NCBI GenBank assembly: GCA_035343375.1
Contig: DAOQYW010000007.1
Span: 6,124 to 70,123 of the forward strand
Direction: 5' to 3'
DNA from: Bacteroidales bacterium
GTDB lineage: Bacteria > Bacteroidota > Bacteroidia > Bacteroidales > ML635J-15
Length of the DNA: 64,000 bases
The notes beneath the pieces were generated by a model. That model saw only the letters and a list, made by a program, of their open reading frames with translations, was not told the DNA's origin and ran no database searches. Position 1 is the stretch's first letter. The number at the start of each line of letters is the position of its first letter. The position numbers were made by a program, and so were the translations under genes. This document shows positions 45,956-54,661 of this stretch, piece after piece.

Positions 45956-46999
45956 TTGTTAATTTTTTGTATCTTGCACAAAATTAGCAATATGAGAGTT
46001 GCAATAATTTTACTGACTTGTTTGATCTTGTTTTCTTGTGGTAATAGCAAGAAGAAGGTTTATCGTTATTACGAAGGACCTATTCAGGGAACATATTTTC
46101 ATATAACTTATGAATGGCATGAGGATTTGTCTCAACAGATTGATAGCTTGTTACAAAAATTTAATAAATCTCTTTCGAATTATGATACAACTTCGGTAAT
46201 ATCGCAGATAAACTATAATAAGTCAAATGTTGCGGATGAATTATTTATTAAAATGTTTCAAACATCGTTGGAAGTATATCAGAAAAGTGATGGTGCTTTT
46301 GATATTACTGTTGCACCAATTGTAAATCTGTGGGGTTTCGGATGGCTAAAAAATAACGAAAATTTTATTCCTGATTCAATTATTATTAAGGATTATCTTA
46401 AATATGTTGGAATGGATAAGGTACAGCTTGAAGATGGTAAAATAATAAAAAGTTTCCCTGAATCAATGCTTGTTTCAAATGCAATTGCTCAGGGCTTATC
46501 GGTTGACTATGTTTCAGATTACTTATTCTCCTTAGGGCTTAAGAATTTTTTGGTAGAAATAGGGGGGGAATTATACTGCTTGGGTGTTAACAGTCAGGGC
46601 AATTCCTGGAGAATAGGAATAGATAAACCCATAGAAAATAGTGATTATAATAGCAGGGAAAATCAGATCATAATAAATGTTTCAGGGAAAGCAATAGCTA
46701 CTTCGGGCAATTATAGAAAGTATGTTGAAAATAATAATCAAAAATTTGGGCACTCCGTTGATCCTAGAACCGGTTATCCAGCAGAGAACTCTTTGTTAAG
46801 TGCTTCGGTGATTTCCGAATCATGTATGTATTGTGATGCCTGGGCAACTGCATTTATGGTCTGTGGGCTTGAGAAATCTGTTGAAATCGCCGAAAATGAT
46901 CCAAATATTGAAGCCTATTTTATATATGAGGACAAAAATGGGAAAACCCAATCCCGAATGACATCAGGCTTTAAAAAATATGTTTGTGATAGTTACTAA
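45956..46999 (+). CDS. apbE: FAD:protein FMN transferase (lipoprotein; likely start MRVAII)
   Basis: Lipobox LILFSC, GAFDITV, NAIAQG, EIGGE, ATSGNYR, DPRTG and DAWATA; directly follows nqrF. Confidence 0.92.
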   Translation: MLIFCILHKISNMRVAIILLTCLILFSCGNSKKKVYRYYEGPIQGTYFHITYEWHEDLSQQIDSLLQKFNKSLSNYDTTSVISQINYNKSNVADELFIKMFQTSLEVYQKSDGAFDITVAPIVNLWGFGWLKNNENFIPDSIIIKDYLKYVGMDKVQLEDGKIIKSFPESMLVSNAIAQGLSVDYVSDYLFSLGLKNFLVEIGGELYCLGVNSQGNSWRIGIDKPIENSDYNSRENQIIINVSGKAIATSGNYRKYVENNNQKFGHSVDPRTGYPAENSLLSASVISESCMYCDAWATAFMVCGLEKSVEIAENDPNIEAYFIYEDKNGKTQSRMTSGFKKYVCDSY

Positions 47000-47052
47000 A
47001 ATATAATTGAACATATTTTGCTTTTTTCGGTTTTATCCCATAAAACAATTAA

Positions 47053-47550
47053 ATGATACAGCCTAGTAAACAGATTGAAAATATTCTTTCAGAATCAAAT
47101 GAGTATGATTGTGATATAAACTTATATTGTGCTGTCTTGTCTTATATTCCTTATTTTAAAGATATAAAAGAGGATGACTACATTAAATATCACAAAGACC
47201 ATAGTTTTGAATATAGCCCTGAATTTTATTCATTTATAAAAGCACTAAATGATGCGAAACTTGTTGAAGATGAAGAAAAAATGGCTTCTTTTTTAAAATC
47301 TTATAATTTGCATTGTGGATATAACAAATGGATAAAAGACATGAATATAGTTTTGGAAAACGAAGAATTATTGGGTAGAGCTAATATTAGTTTGCTTAAA
47401 AAAGTGATGTTTTCATTAATAAGACTCGAAAGGGTTTGTCCGGGAAGTTGGGGAATTGATGCCGAGTCCGGAAATTGGCTTAAAATATTAAATCAGCTTA
47501 AAAGAATACTATCAGAAATTTATAAAGAGAACAAATCTAATGCGAATTAG
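47053..47550 (+). CDS. Hypothetical protein (DUF6508-like)
   Basis: 165-aa ORF; the C-terminal RLERVCPGSW..GNWLKILNQL segment resembles DUF6508 from memory. Confidence 0.55.
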   Translation: MIQPSKQIENILSESNEYDCDINLYCAVLSYIPYFKDIKEDDYIKYHKDHSFEYSPEFYSFIKALNDAKLVEDEEKMASFLKSYNLHCGYNKWIKDMNIVLENEELLGRANISLLKKVMFSLIRLERVCPGSWGIDAESGNWLKILNQLKRILSEIYKENKSNAN

Positions 47551-47557
47551 TATTTGC

Positions 47558-48178
47558 TTAAGGAATTGATTTTTCTAAAGTACTAATACTTAAAGGTCCC
47601 ATATTAAAAATAAGGTCTATAATACTCAAATCTTCAACAAATCCATGCCTGTCAGAAAAAACCTGAATATATTCAGCTTGTTTGAATTCTTTGTCCTCTG
47701 AGCTTTTGTGCGATTTAGGATGTATTAAATTCCTATAATCTTTAATATCATCATCTTCAATATATTTATTGCTATAATCGTAAACGGGAGATAAGTTTAA
47801 TATTTTAAAAACAATTTCAAGAATTTTTGAATTAAGATCAACCAGAAATTTTTGTTTCTCAGTTAATAAAGGCAAGATATCCGGTATATAATAATCATAA
47901 AATGCCGAATTTTTATATGCTGATAAAATTGTTCTATAATGATTCATTTGCCAATTTTCAGAATAATCAATTTCAACATCTTTGAGTACACAGTGATTGT
48001 TTTTTTTTATTGGGACAATTAATGAACTAATTCCATTGGCTGCCATAATATTACAGCGATTTCTATATGTTTGTTTAGTAAAATTCTCGTAAATATCAAT
48101 TGTGATCTTGTCATTTATTATAAATTTACTTATATATCTATTGCTGGGAAAATAAGATGAAAAAATAACAGCCTTCAT
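47558..48178 (-). CDS. WbqC family protein
   Basis: KQTYRNRCNI, HYRTILSAYKNSAFY and DLSIIDLIFNMGP. Confidence 0.88.
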   Translation of the reverse strand: MKAVIFSSYFPSNRYISKFIINDKITIDIYENFTKQTYRNRCNIMAANGISSLIVPIKKNNHCVLKDVEIDYSENWQMNHYRTILSAYKNSAFYDYYIPDILPLLTEKQKFLVDLNSKILEIVFKILNLSPVYDYSNKYIEDDDIKDYRNLIHPKSHKSSEDKEFKQAEYIQVFSDRHGFVEDLSIIDLIFNMGPLSISTLEKSIP

Positions 48179-49068
48179 TAGTTAAGAACTTTTCCAATAA
48201 TATAATTTTCGGGAATAAATCCCAATGTCCTAGAGTCGGGTTTATTGAATCTGTTATCATTAAGAACAAAATAATAATCTTTCTTAAATGTATATTGAGT
48301 TGCCGGTTGATTATTGATTTTAATGTTATTGCCAAAAATATACAAATCGTTGTCTTCATAAACATCAATAATCTTCTTATATAATAGAATGTTTTTTCTG
48401 TCAAGAATAACTGTTATTCCTTGTTGTGGAACAACTACAGGACCCCAATTGTCTCTATTCCACGGATAGCCTTGCCCGGGAAAAATTCCCAATTCTCCTT
48501 TGTTTATATCACCAACAATTTTTCTAACATTTACAATGCCTGATAATTCTGCAATCTGCTCAGCAATATATTGTGTGGCAATAAATTCACATGCTTTATT
48601 GTTGTTTAATGAATCAGTAATTTCAACTTTAAAGTCGTCAAGCAGTTCTTTGAAATTAGTTTCTTCCTGCATACTAAGTCTGAAAAGAAAATATCTTTCA
48701 TAGTTTTCAGCAACTAAATTATCATTAACATAAACTTCTGTTTGTCTGATATGAATAATATCTCCGGGTAGAGCAATTATTCGTGAACATAAATTTTCTT
48801 TTTCTTTAAAGTCAGGGTCAATAAATACAGGACTTTTGTATATTACTAAATCTCCTTGATTTAATATTGAAGAAGCTTTAGGTTTTAGAAAATTCATGTA
48901 CATATTATCATTCTTAATTTTTCTAATCATGAACCTTTTAATTTCAATAGGGTATATTTCAGCCTTGTAAAACCCAAATGATGATAAAAAAGCGATGATT
49001 AGTAATACAAAAATACAAGCAAGAGTAATTATTATTGCTCTTTTTTTATCCATAATATTATTTTTCAT
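48178..49068 (-). CDS. Signal peptidase I (S26) paralogue lacking the catalytic Ser/Lys
   Basis: Retains [21 protein letters not shown] and [17 protein letters not shown]; has no S-x-SM box and carries CSR in place of IKR. Confidence 0.8.
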   Translation of the reverse strand: MKNNIMDKKRAIIITLACIFVLLIIAFLSSFGFYKAEIYPIEIKRFMIRKIKNDNMYMNFLKPKASSILNQGDLVIYKSPVFIDPDFKEKENLCSRIIALPGDIIHIRQTEVYVNDNLVAENYERYFLFRLSMQEETNFKELLDDFKVEITDSLNNNKACEFIATQYIAEQIAELSGIVNVRKIVGDINKGELGIFPGQGYPWNRDNWGPVVVPQQGITVILDRKNILLYKKIIDVYEDNDLYIFGNNIKINNQPATQYTFKKDYYFVLNDNRFNKPDSRTLGFIPENYIIGKVLN

Positions 49069-50713
49069 TATGTACTACTTTTCCTATTCTGTTCCATCTG
49101 ATTCCGCCATATTCTTTATCTCGTGATAACCATATAAGCCATGCTTTTCCAACAACGTGGTCTTCGGGAACAAATCCCCAGAATCTTGAATCTGCTGAAT
49201 TATGTCTGTTATCACCCATCATCCAATAGTAGTTCATTTTAAATGTGTATTCAGTTGTTTCTTTACCATTAATGAATATTTTATTTCCTTTAACTTCAAG
49301 AGTATTATGTTCATAATATCCGATTATTCTACTATATAAAGGCAGAATTACAGTATCAAGTTTAATAGTAGCTCCTGCAGCTGGAACATACATGGGGCCA
49401 AACCAGTCAACATTCCATTTGTAATTATCGTTGTGGGGGAAAATTCTAAATCTTTCACTATAGTCAGCAATAGAATCTAACACATCTTTTTTAATACTTT
49501 TAATAAAAGTCATTTTTGAAAATTTGTCAAAATTTGCTTTTGTCAAAGGAATTATAAATGCACTGCCAGCATCTGTAAATCTTATATCAGATTTGTTTAT
49601 TTCGTATTCTTTTAATACTCTTTCAGGAATATCGCTTCCATCTGTTTGAACAACATAGTTAAATTGTTTTGTAGGAATATCTTTTTGAGCTTTACCATTT
49701 ACAAAAACTTCTCCATTTTTAACCTGTATTGTGTCACCTCCAACAGCAACACATCTTTTGATGTAGTTTTCTCTTTTATCAACAGGTCTGATTATAATTT
49801 CATAAACGTCCCAAATAATTTGTCTGGCCATTTTATCATAATCGGCCTTTGTTTTAATTCTTGGTCCGCTTTTGTAAAATTCTTTATCATATTCCTGCAT
49901 TTTTTGAACGGCAAGTTGTAATAACTCATTTGTATGTGCAGGGTTAGCATTTGGATTAAAAAGATGAAAAGCAAGTTCACGATAATATTCCGGAGACTTT
50001 GGATTTACGATTACGCTCGAATCTCCTTTGACACTGACTAAAACGGCATAATCATATTCCTGCATCAGATATGAGGCAATTCTGACTATATCGTAGTAGT
50101 CCTGAGCCTGATTTTGAACGCAGACAGTATCGCCAGTTGGATAATTGAAAACAACCATATCGTCACGTTTCACTTCTCCCCAGCCAACCATACGTTCGTA
50201 TTCGTTTTGTATCCATAAGAGGTACGAAGGAGTCGATTTCGTTAATGGTAGTGTGTGATGAACAAACGGAAAGGAGAGTGGAGTCATTGGAACTCTTGGA
50301 CCGTAAGCGACTTTACTGACAAATAAATAGTCGCCGACCAGTAAAGTCTTTTCCATCGAAGATGTCGGAATAGTAAATGCCTCGAAGAAGAAAATCCTGA
50401 TAAATGATGCAGCAATTACTGCAAATATTAATGCATCAACCCATTCAAGAGTTTTTCGGGCTATTTTAGTGTATTTTTTATCTTTTTTTGGCTTCCAGAA
50501 AGCCCATCTCACTTTTTTAGTGATATAAATGTCAACTATAATTATTTCACCTATAAGCCACCAATAGCTGCCCATCCAGACAACCCACAAAATATAACAG
50601 ATACTTACAACCGCAAACCAAATCCATTTGTTTTTAAGCTTTTGAACAATACTGCTGTTAGCGATTTTTGATTTTAATCCTAAATTTTTCGTTTTTGTTG
50701 TTTTTTGTGCCAT
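49058..50713 (-). CDS. lepB: Signal peptidase I
   Basis: [14 protein letters not shown] (Ser), ENYIKRCVA (Lys) and [17 protein letters not shown]. Confidence 0.93.
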   Translation of the reverse strand: MAQKTTKTKNLGLKSKIANSSIVQKLKNKWIWFAVVSICYILWVVWMGSYWWLIGEIIIVDIYITKKVRWAFWKPKKDKKYTKIARKTLEWVDALIFAVIAASFIRIFFFEAFTIPTSSMEKTLLVGDYLFVSKVAYGPRVPMTPLSFPFVHHTLPLTKSTPSYLLWIQNEYERMVGWGEVKRDDMVVFNYPTGDTVCVQNQAQDYYDIVRIASYLMQEYDYAVLVSVKGDSSVIVNPKSPEYYRELAFHLFNPNANPAHTNELLQLAVQKMQEYDKEFYKSGPRIKTKADYDKMARQIIWDVYEIIIRPVDKRENYIKRCVAVGGDTIQVKNGEVFVNGKAQKDIPTKQFNYVVQTDGSDIPERVLKEYEINKSDIRFTDAGSAFIIPLTKANFDKFSKMTFIKSIKKDVLDSIADYSERFRIFPHNDNYKWNVDWFGPMYVPAAGATIKLDTVILPLYSRIIGYYEHNTLEVKGNKIFINGKETTEYTFKMNYYWMMGDNRHNSADSRFWGFVPEDHVVGKAWLIWLSRDKEYGGIRWNRIGKVVHNEK

Positions 50714-50715
50714 AA

Positions 50716-51432
50716 TTATAGTTTTAATAAGTCACTCATCGAAAATACTCCGATTTTGCCAATAACAAATTCAGCCGCCATAATAGCTCCTTGTGCCAGT
50801 CCTCTTCTCGACTTTGCTGAATGGCTTATGCTGATTATATCAATGTCATTTTCCCATATAATTTTATGATCTCCATAAATTTCACCTTCTCTAAACGAGT
50901 TGATTTCTATTTTATTTTTTTCATTACACGGATTTAACATCCATTTAACATATTTTGGATTATTCTTAATAATTCCATTTGCTAAAGTTATTGCAGTACC
51001 GCTTGGTTTGTCTAGCTTATGAATATGATGAGTTTCTTCAATTTTTGCTTCATAATCATTAAATCCCGACAAAAGTTCAGCAAGCTTTTCGTTAATCTTC
51101 ATAAATACATTAACTCCAATGCTAAAATTTGAAGCATAAAATACTGCTGCCGAATTTTTGATGCATAATTTTTTAAACTCATCTTTATTTAAATCCCATC
51201 CTGTTGTACCACTAACGACTGAAATGCCGTTCTGTAAACAATTGATAACATTTTGTTTAGCTGAATTGGGGGAAGTAAATTCTATAGCAATGTCTGCAAT
51301 AGATTTTAGATTTTCGCTAATTTTATCGGTTGTGTTAATATCAATAACAGCAGTAATAGTATGCCCACGCTCTAAGGCAATTTGCTCAACAGCTTTGCCC
51401 ATTTTACCGTAACCAATTAGTGCAATTCTCAT
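50716..51432 (-). CDS. dapB: 4-hydroxy-tetrahydrodipicolinate reductase
   Basis: [41 protein letters not shown] and G-x-H. Confidence 0.95.
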   Translation of the reverse strand: MRIALIGYGKMGKAVEQIALERGHTITAVIDINTTDKISENLKSIADIAIEFTSPNSAKQNVINCLQNGISVVSGTTGWDLNKDEFKKLCIKNSAAVFYASNFSIGVNVFMKINEKLAELLSGFNDYEAKIEETHHIHKLDKPSGTAITLANGIIKNNPKYVKWMLNPCNEKNKIEINSFREGEIYGDHKIIWENDIDIISISHSAKSRRGLAQGAIMAAEFVIGKIGVFSMSDLLKL

Positions 51433-51540
51433 AATATAATTTATGTTGTAAAAATACTATTATTTTTTGAAGCAATGTAATTTAAGAAATTAAAATATTG
51501 TTTAGCCTTTAATTATTCTTCCTCCCAACCATAACCACCA

Positions 51541-51567
51541 CTCCAACGCGAATGACTCGCGCTGGAG
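51541..51567 (+). repeat. REP-like palindrome 1 (degenerate centre)
   Basis: CTCCAACGCGAATGACTCGCGCTGGAG. Confidence 0.9.
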
Positions 51568-51591
51568 TTTGAGAGTTTGAGTTGGTGAAAT

Positions 51592-52263
51592 CTAAAATTT
51601 ATAACACAAACTAACTCGCCCTATTGCGCTAATGTGATTGAAATATCCAATAAAATCATTGCTGCCTTTTAGTACGACTTGCAGTGGAAGACCATAATCG
51701 TTAATTTCTCTAATGTACCATTGTTTTGGCGAGAAACCAAATCCGCCGGTAAGGTTTATGCAAAGTTTATCAGTGGGATATAGTTTATATCCTGTAAGTA
51801 ATCCTATAGATATTTTATGTTCTTTTAAACTAATAGTTAAGTTATTGTTTTCTGCATACTCAATTTGTGCAGGGGTAAATTCGTCAACATTTTTCACAAA
51901 ATTGTGTAAAAGCCAATACCTTGCATAAATGCCGTAATAAAACGCATCAACTTCTTTGGCATTAGTTTTATATTTCTTTAATTCTAAATTAGCAAAGCTA
52001 TTGTGCTTACGGTGGTAAATCGGGTCTTCTGTTATTATTCCATAACTTTTCTTTGAATAAAATGAACCCCCCAAGCTAAAACTTATTTTATTATTAAACT
52101 TATGCTCCACTGCAAGTCCGGGTAAATCTAGAATGCCTCCGTATATTGATACCTCAGTTTGAGTAAATGCTTTTACTAGGATTAGTTGAAAAACTGCTAG
52201 AATAATTATTTTCATCAACAGCCATTTAAAGTTTATAATATAATCGCTTTTATTTGAATGCAA
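51592..52263 (-). CDS. Outer-membrane beta-barrel protein (DUF3575-like); likely start ATG at 52215
   Basis: Signal peptide MKIIILAVF..FTQ; amphipathic strands (YYGIYARY, SIGLLTGYK, NLTGGFG); terminal SLCYKF; own TAAATTTG -7 box at 52261-52268 on the - strand. Confidence 0.7.
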   Translation of the reverse strand: MHSNKSDYIINFKWLLMKIIILAVFQLILVKAFTQTEVSIYGGILDLPGLAVEHKFNNKISFSLGGSFYSKKSYGIITEDPIYHRKHNSFANLELKKYKTNAKEVDAFYYGIYARYWLLHNFVKNVDEFTPAQIEYAENNNLTISLKEHKISIGLLTGYKLYPTDKLCINLTGGFGFSPKQWYIREINDYGLPLQVVLKGSNDFIGYFNHISAIGRVSLCYKF

Positions 52264-52318
52264 ATTTATTTAAGTTTTCTAAATCTCCAAAGTGTATTAT
52301 TCTCGCCAAACTCCAAGA

Positions 52319-52345
52319 CTCCAGCGCGAGTTACTCGCGTTGGAG
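52319..52345 (-). repeat. REP-like palindrome 2
   Basis: CTCCAGCGCGAGTTACTCGCGTTGGAG, the reverse complement of copy 7. Confidence 0.92.
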
Positions 52346-52366
52346 TGGTGTCTTTACATTCCAAAA

Positions 52367-52393
52367 CTACAGCGCGAGTTACTCGCGCTGGTG
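52367..52393 (-). repeat. REP-like palindrome 3
   Basis: CTACAGCGCGAGTTACTCGCGCTGGTG, with a perfect inner stem. Confidence 0.88.
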
Positions 52394-52399
52394 AATTGA

Positions 52400-52477
52400 A
52401 TCTTTACAATTTTTTCATTATTCAATGTTTATATCTAATATTCCACCAATTCCTGAATAATTCCTTGCAGATGAATA
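52400..52477 (-). pseudogene. Diverged fragment of a RAYT 3' end
   Basis: Encodes YSSARNYSGIGGILDINIE* versus FSSARNYSGMCGVLDIIIE* in the intact gene (52520-52595). Confidence 0.85.
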
Positions 52478-52483
52478 CCCAAA

Positions 52484-52510
52484 CTCCAGCGCGAGTTACT
52501 CGCGTTGGAG
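52484..52510 (-). repeat. REP-like palindrome 4
   Basis: CTCCAGCGCGAGTTACTCGCGTTGGAG, identical to copy 2. Confidence 0.92.
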
Positions 52511-52535
52511 TTACAGAATATCTTTACAATTTTTA

Positions 52536-53090
52536 TTATTCAATGATTATATCTAAAACTCCACACATTCCTGAATAATTTCTTGCAGATGAAAACTTAT
52601 ACTCTGTTGCATATGATACAAATCCCGCATCAACAGGATTTAAATGAATATAATTAAGTTTTTGTTTAAAAATCTTTTCTGTACTAATTTCAATAGGATG
52701 AAAACCATCTTGCCAAAACTTGTATTTCCAATTTCTTCTAATACGTAATCCTTCATTCCTAAAAACCGTCAGCATTTTATTTTTATCCCCTGATAGTTCC
52801 ATTTCCTTAATGATTTTCACAGATGTAAATTTTTTCATATCACGCATTATATTACTAATCCTTATGTCATTCCCTCTTGCAATAATGTGAAAATGAGTCG
52901 GCATTAAACAATAAGCGTACAATTCCATACCTTTATGATTCTGACAAAAGCGTATTGAGTCTATAAGTATATTAATATATTTTTCTTCAATAAATACCTT
53001 TTCCCAGTTTACAACTGTACTTGTAATAAAATAAGCTTTGGTATCGTCATGGGCTTTGTAATATTCTGACATGAAGTAATGTTTAGACAA
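52536..53090 (-). CDS. REP-associated tyrosine transposase (RAYT/TnpA-REP, Y1 HUH family); likely start ATG at 53072
   Basis: YFITSTVVNW..VF, YAYCLMPTHFH (HUH), MRDMKKFTS, WQDGFHP, QKLNYIHLNPV (catalytic Tyr) and FSSARNY; no frameshift or stop. Confidence 0.92.
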   Translation of the reverse strand: MSKHYFMSEYYKAHDDTKAYFITSTVVNWEKVFIEEKYINILIDSIRFCQNHKGMELYAYCLMPTHFHIIARGNDIRISNIMRDMKKFTSVKIIKEMELSGDKNKMLTVFRNEGLRIRRNWKYKFWQDGFHPIEISTEKIFKQKLNYIHLNPVDAGFVSYATEYKFSSARNYSGMCGVLDIIIE

Positions 53091-53095
53091 AGATA
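53088..53095 (-). promoter_or_regulatory. -7 box of the transposase promoter (duplicated at 53238-53245)
   Basis: TATCTTTG on the - strand, 15 nt before the ATG at 53072; an identical box precedes the duplicated ATG at 53222. Confidence 0.55.
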
Positions 53096-53133
53096 ATTAA
53101 TAATAAGATAGGTTAATGAATAGAATTACCAAA

Positions 53134-53160
53134 CTCCAACGCGAGTAACTCGCGCTGGAT
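53134..53160 (+). repeat. REP-like palindrome 5
   Basis: CTCCAACGCGAGTAACTCGCGCTGGAT. Confidence 0.92.
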
Positions 53161-53166
53161 TGGTTG

Positions 53167-53283
53167 GTACTTGTAATAAAATAAGCTTTGGTATCGTCAT
53201 GGGCTTTGTAATATTCTGACATGAAGCAATGTTTAAACAAAGATAATTAAAAATAGGATAGGTTAATGAATAGAATAACCAAA
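53167..53283 (-). repeat. Tandem copy (150-bp offset) of the transposase promoter and first 18 codons
   Basis: 53167-53283 versus 53017-53133: 5 substitutions in 117 bp; the 56 coding bp are identical. Confidence 0.92.
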
Positions 53284-53318
53284 CTCCTCCAGCGCGAGTA
53301 ACTCGCGCTGGAGGAGTT
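53282..53318 (+). repeat. REP-like palindrome 6 (extended perfect 18-bp stem)
   Basis: AACTCCTCCAGCGCGAGT-A-ACTCGCGCTGGAGGAGTT. Confidence 0.92.
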
Positions 53319-53359
53319 GAATTAAAATGTTTTTTTAGACTTTAATTATTCTTCCCAAA

Positions 53360-53386
53360 CTCCAACGCGAGTAACTCGCGCTGGAG
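53360..53386 (+). repeat. REP-like palindrome 7
   Basis: CTCCAACGCGAGTAACTCGCGCTGGAG. Confidence 0.92.
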
Positions 53387-53403
53387 TGGTTGAGCAGTGG
53401 TAT

Positions 53404-54630
53404 TTATTCTACGTGACTCCATCTAATGGCATATTCATTCCCCACAATATCAGCGTATGAAATAGTTACAATTTCAACATTATCAATATTTATTTCTTCC
53501 GGAACAATTACATTGGAATAATCAGAAATGATATCGTTTTCATTTTCACCAATTACAATACAATCTTCACCATTATCCTTTTTTTGTATTTCAACTCTAA
53601 GCCATGTAACAAAAGCAGGAGCCTCAACATTTTGATTATCTGAACTTTCATAAGTAATCATAATATTTGTCACCTTACCAGTGTTATCAGTTATTAATCT
53701 GGGACGAGCCAAAACAAGGAATCTTTCAACATCAATTTTATAGTAATGGAGTTTATAAAAGGTAGTTCCATCAAGGCTGAAATTATAAACACCTGTTTCA
53801 AAAGGTTCTCCATCTGAACGATCAAAGGTTGATTGAAAACCAAATTTACAATTTGGGTAATAAGAGTAATTGTCTCCAACATTGATATTTGTATGGGGAT
53901 TTCCTTCCGGACCGTTAAAAGCTACATTTATATGTTCAGGTATAATTCCATAACCACCTCGTATATTAAAGAAATATTCAATAAACGTCTCTTGCAAATC
54001 CGGATTAATTTCATTGTACAGCTGAGCTTCTGTTTCATTTACTCCACAAGCCCCGGCATGCACTCTGAACATTGTGTTTATCATCATGTGAGAGTCGGTA
54101 AAATAATCAGGTTTTCCATCCGAATCAGTATCAATATTCTCTGCCAAGGATTCATAAAATGCTCCTAATTCCTGCAGTAATTCAATAAATTCTTCCGAAA
54201 TTAGAATTTCGTTACCAACCGGGTCATTCGAAGGATAAACTCTATCGCCATCAAGGGTTAATTCTGATAAATCAATTACAGTGTTTTCTCCGTCTGACAA
54301 ATTCACCAATGGTAACATATTCATGCCTCCAACAGAAAGGTGTCCGATATATTCAAGTTTTTTGGTAACAAAAATTAAAGCTGTAGCAGAACCCGGAGGA
54401 GCATATAATGCAAAAGATTCATCATCAATTTCCACAACCTCAAACATTTGGCCGTAAATGACCATAATTTTATCAGCATCGGCTAAAGTCAGTCCGCTTT
54501 TAGTTGATTTTGTTTTATTATTTGTCAGTGTTCCTTTAATTAACACTCCATGATCGAGGTTATTGTTATCTTTCTTGCATCCAATAAAGATAATTATTCC
54601 TAAACAGATTGTTATGATTAAAAATTTCAT
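53404..54630 (-). CDS. Hypothetical lipoprotein
   Basis: Lipobox IIFIGC; contains DTDSDGKPD (DxDxDG Ca-binding-like loop). Confidence 0.72.
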   Translation of the reverse strand: MKFLIITICLGIIIFIGCKKDNNNLDHGVLIKGTLTNNKTKSTKSGLTLADADKIMVIYGQMFEVVEIDDESFALYAPPGSATALIFVTKKLEYIGHLSVGGMNMLPLVNLSDGENTVIDLSELTLDGDRVYPSNDPVGNEILISEEFIELLQELGAFYESLAENIDTDSDGKPDYFTDSHMMINTMFRVHAGACGVNETEAQLYNEINPDLQETFIEYFFNIRGGYGIIPEHINVAFNGPEGNPHTNINVGDNYSYYPNCKFGFQSTFDRSDGEPFETGVYNFSLDGTTFYKLHYYKIDVERFLVLARPRLITDNTGKVTNIMITYESSDNQNVEAPAFVTWLRVEIQKKDNGEDCIVIGENENDIISDYSNVIVPEEINIDNVEIVTISYADIVGNEYAIRWSHVE

Positions 54631-54661
54631 AAAAATTTTATTGTAAATATACTCAATTTAT

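Larger units (their letters stand above)
51488..53386. mobile_element. RAYT/REP-like composite locus: transposase + 7 palindromes + passenger gene
   Basis: Y1 HUH transposase flanked by 27-bp palindromes (consensus CTCCA(A/G)CGCGAGTWACTCGCG(C/T)TGGAG); the outermost copies share a ~36-bp flank in direct orientation. Confidence 0.75.

Noticed and set aside
40167-46999. Novelty in the nqr operon
   Set aside because: Standard nqrA-F order with the expected FMN and Fe-S motifs; an adjacent apbE is the known flavin-transferase partner.
52258-52578. 106-aa + strand ORF with repeated TPARVTRVG
   Set aside because: It is simply the translation of palindromes 2-4; there is no credible start or other coding signal.
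52400-52595. DGR template/variable repeat pair
   Set aside because: Mismatches are not restricted to adenines of one copy, and there is no reverse transcriptase in the window.
51541-53386. CRISPR array interpretation of the 27-bp repeats
   Set aside because: Spacers are highly unequal (21 bp to >700 bp), repeat orientation flips, some spacers contain genes, and there are no cas genes; the neighbour is a Y1 transposase.
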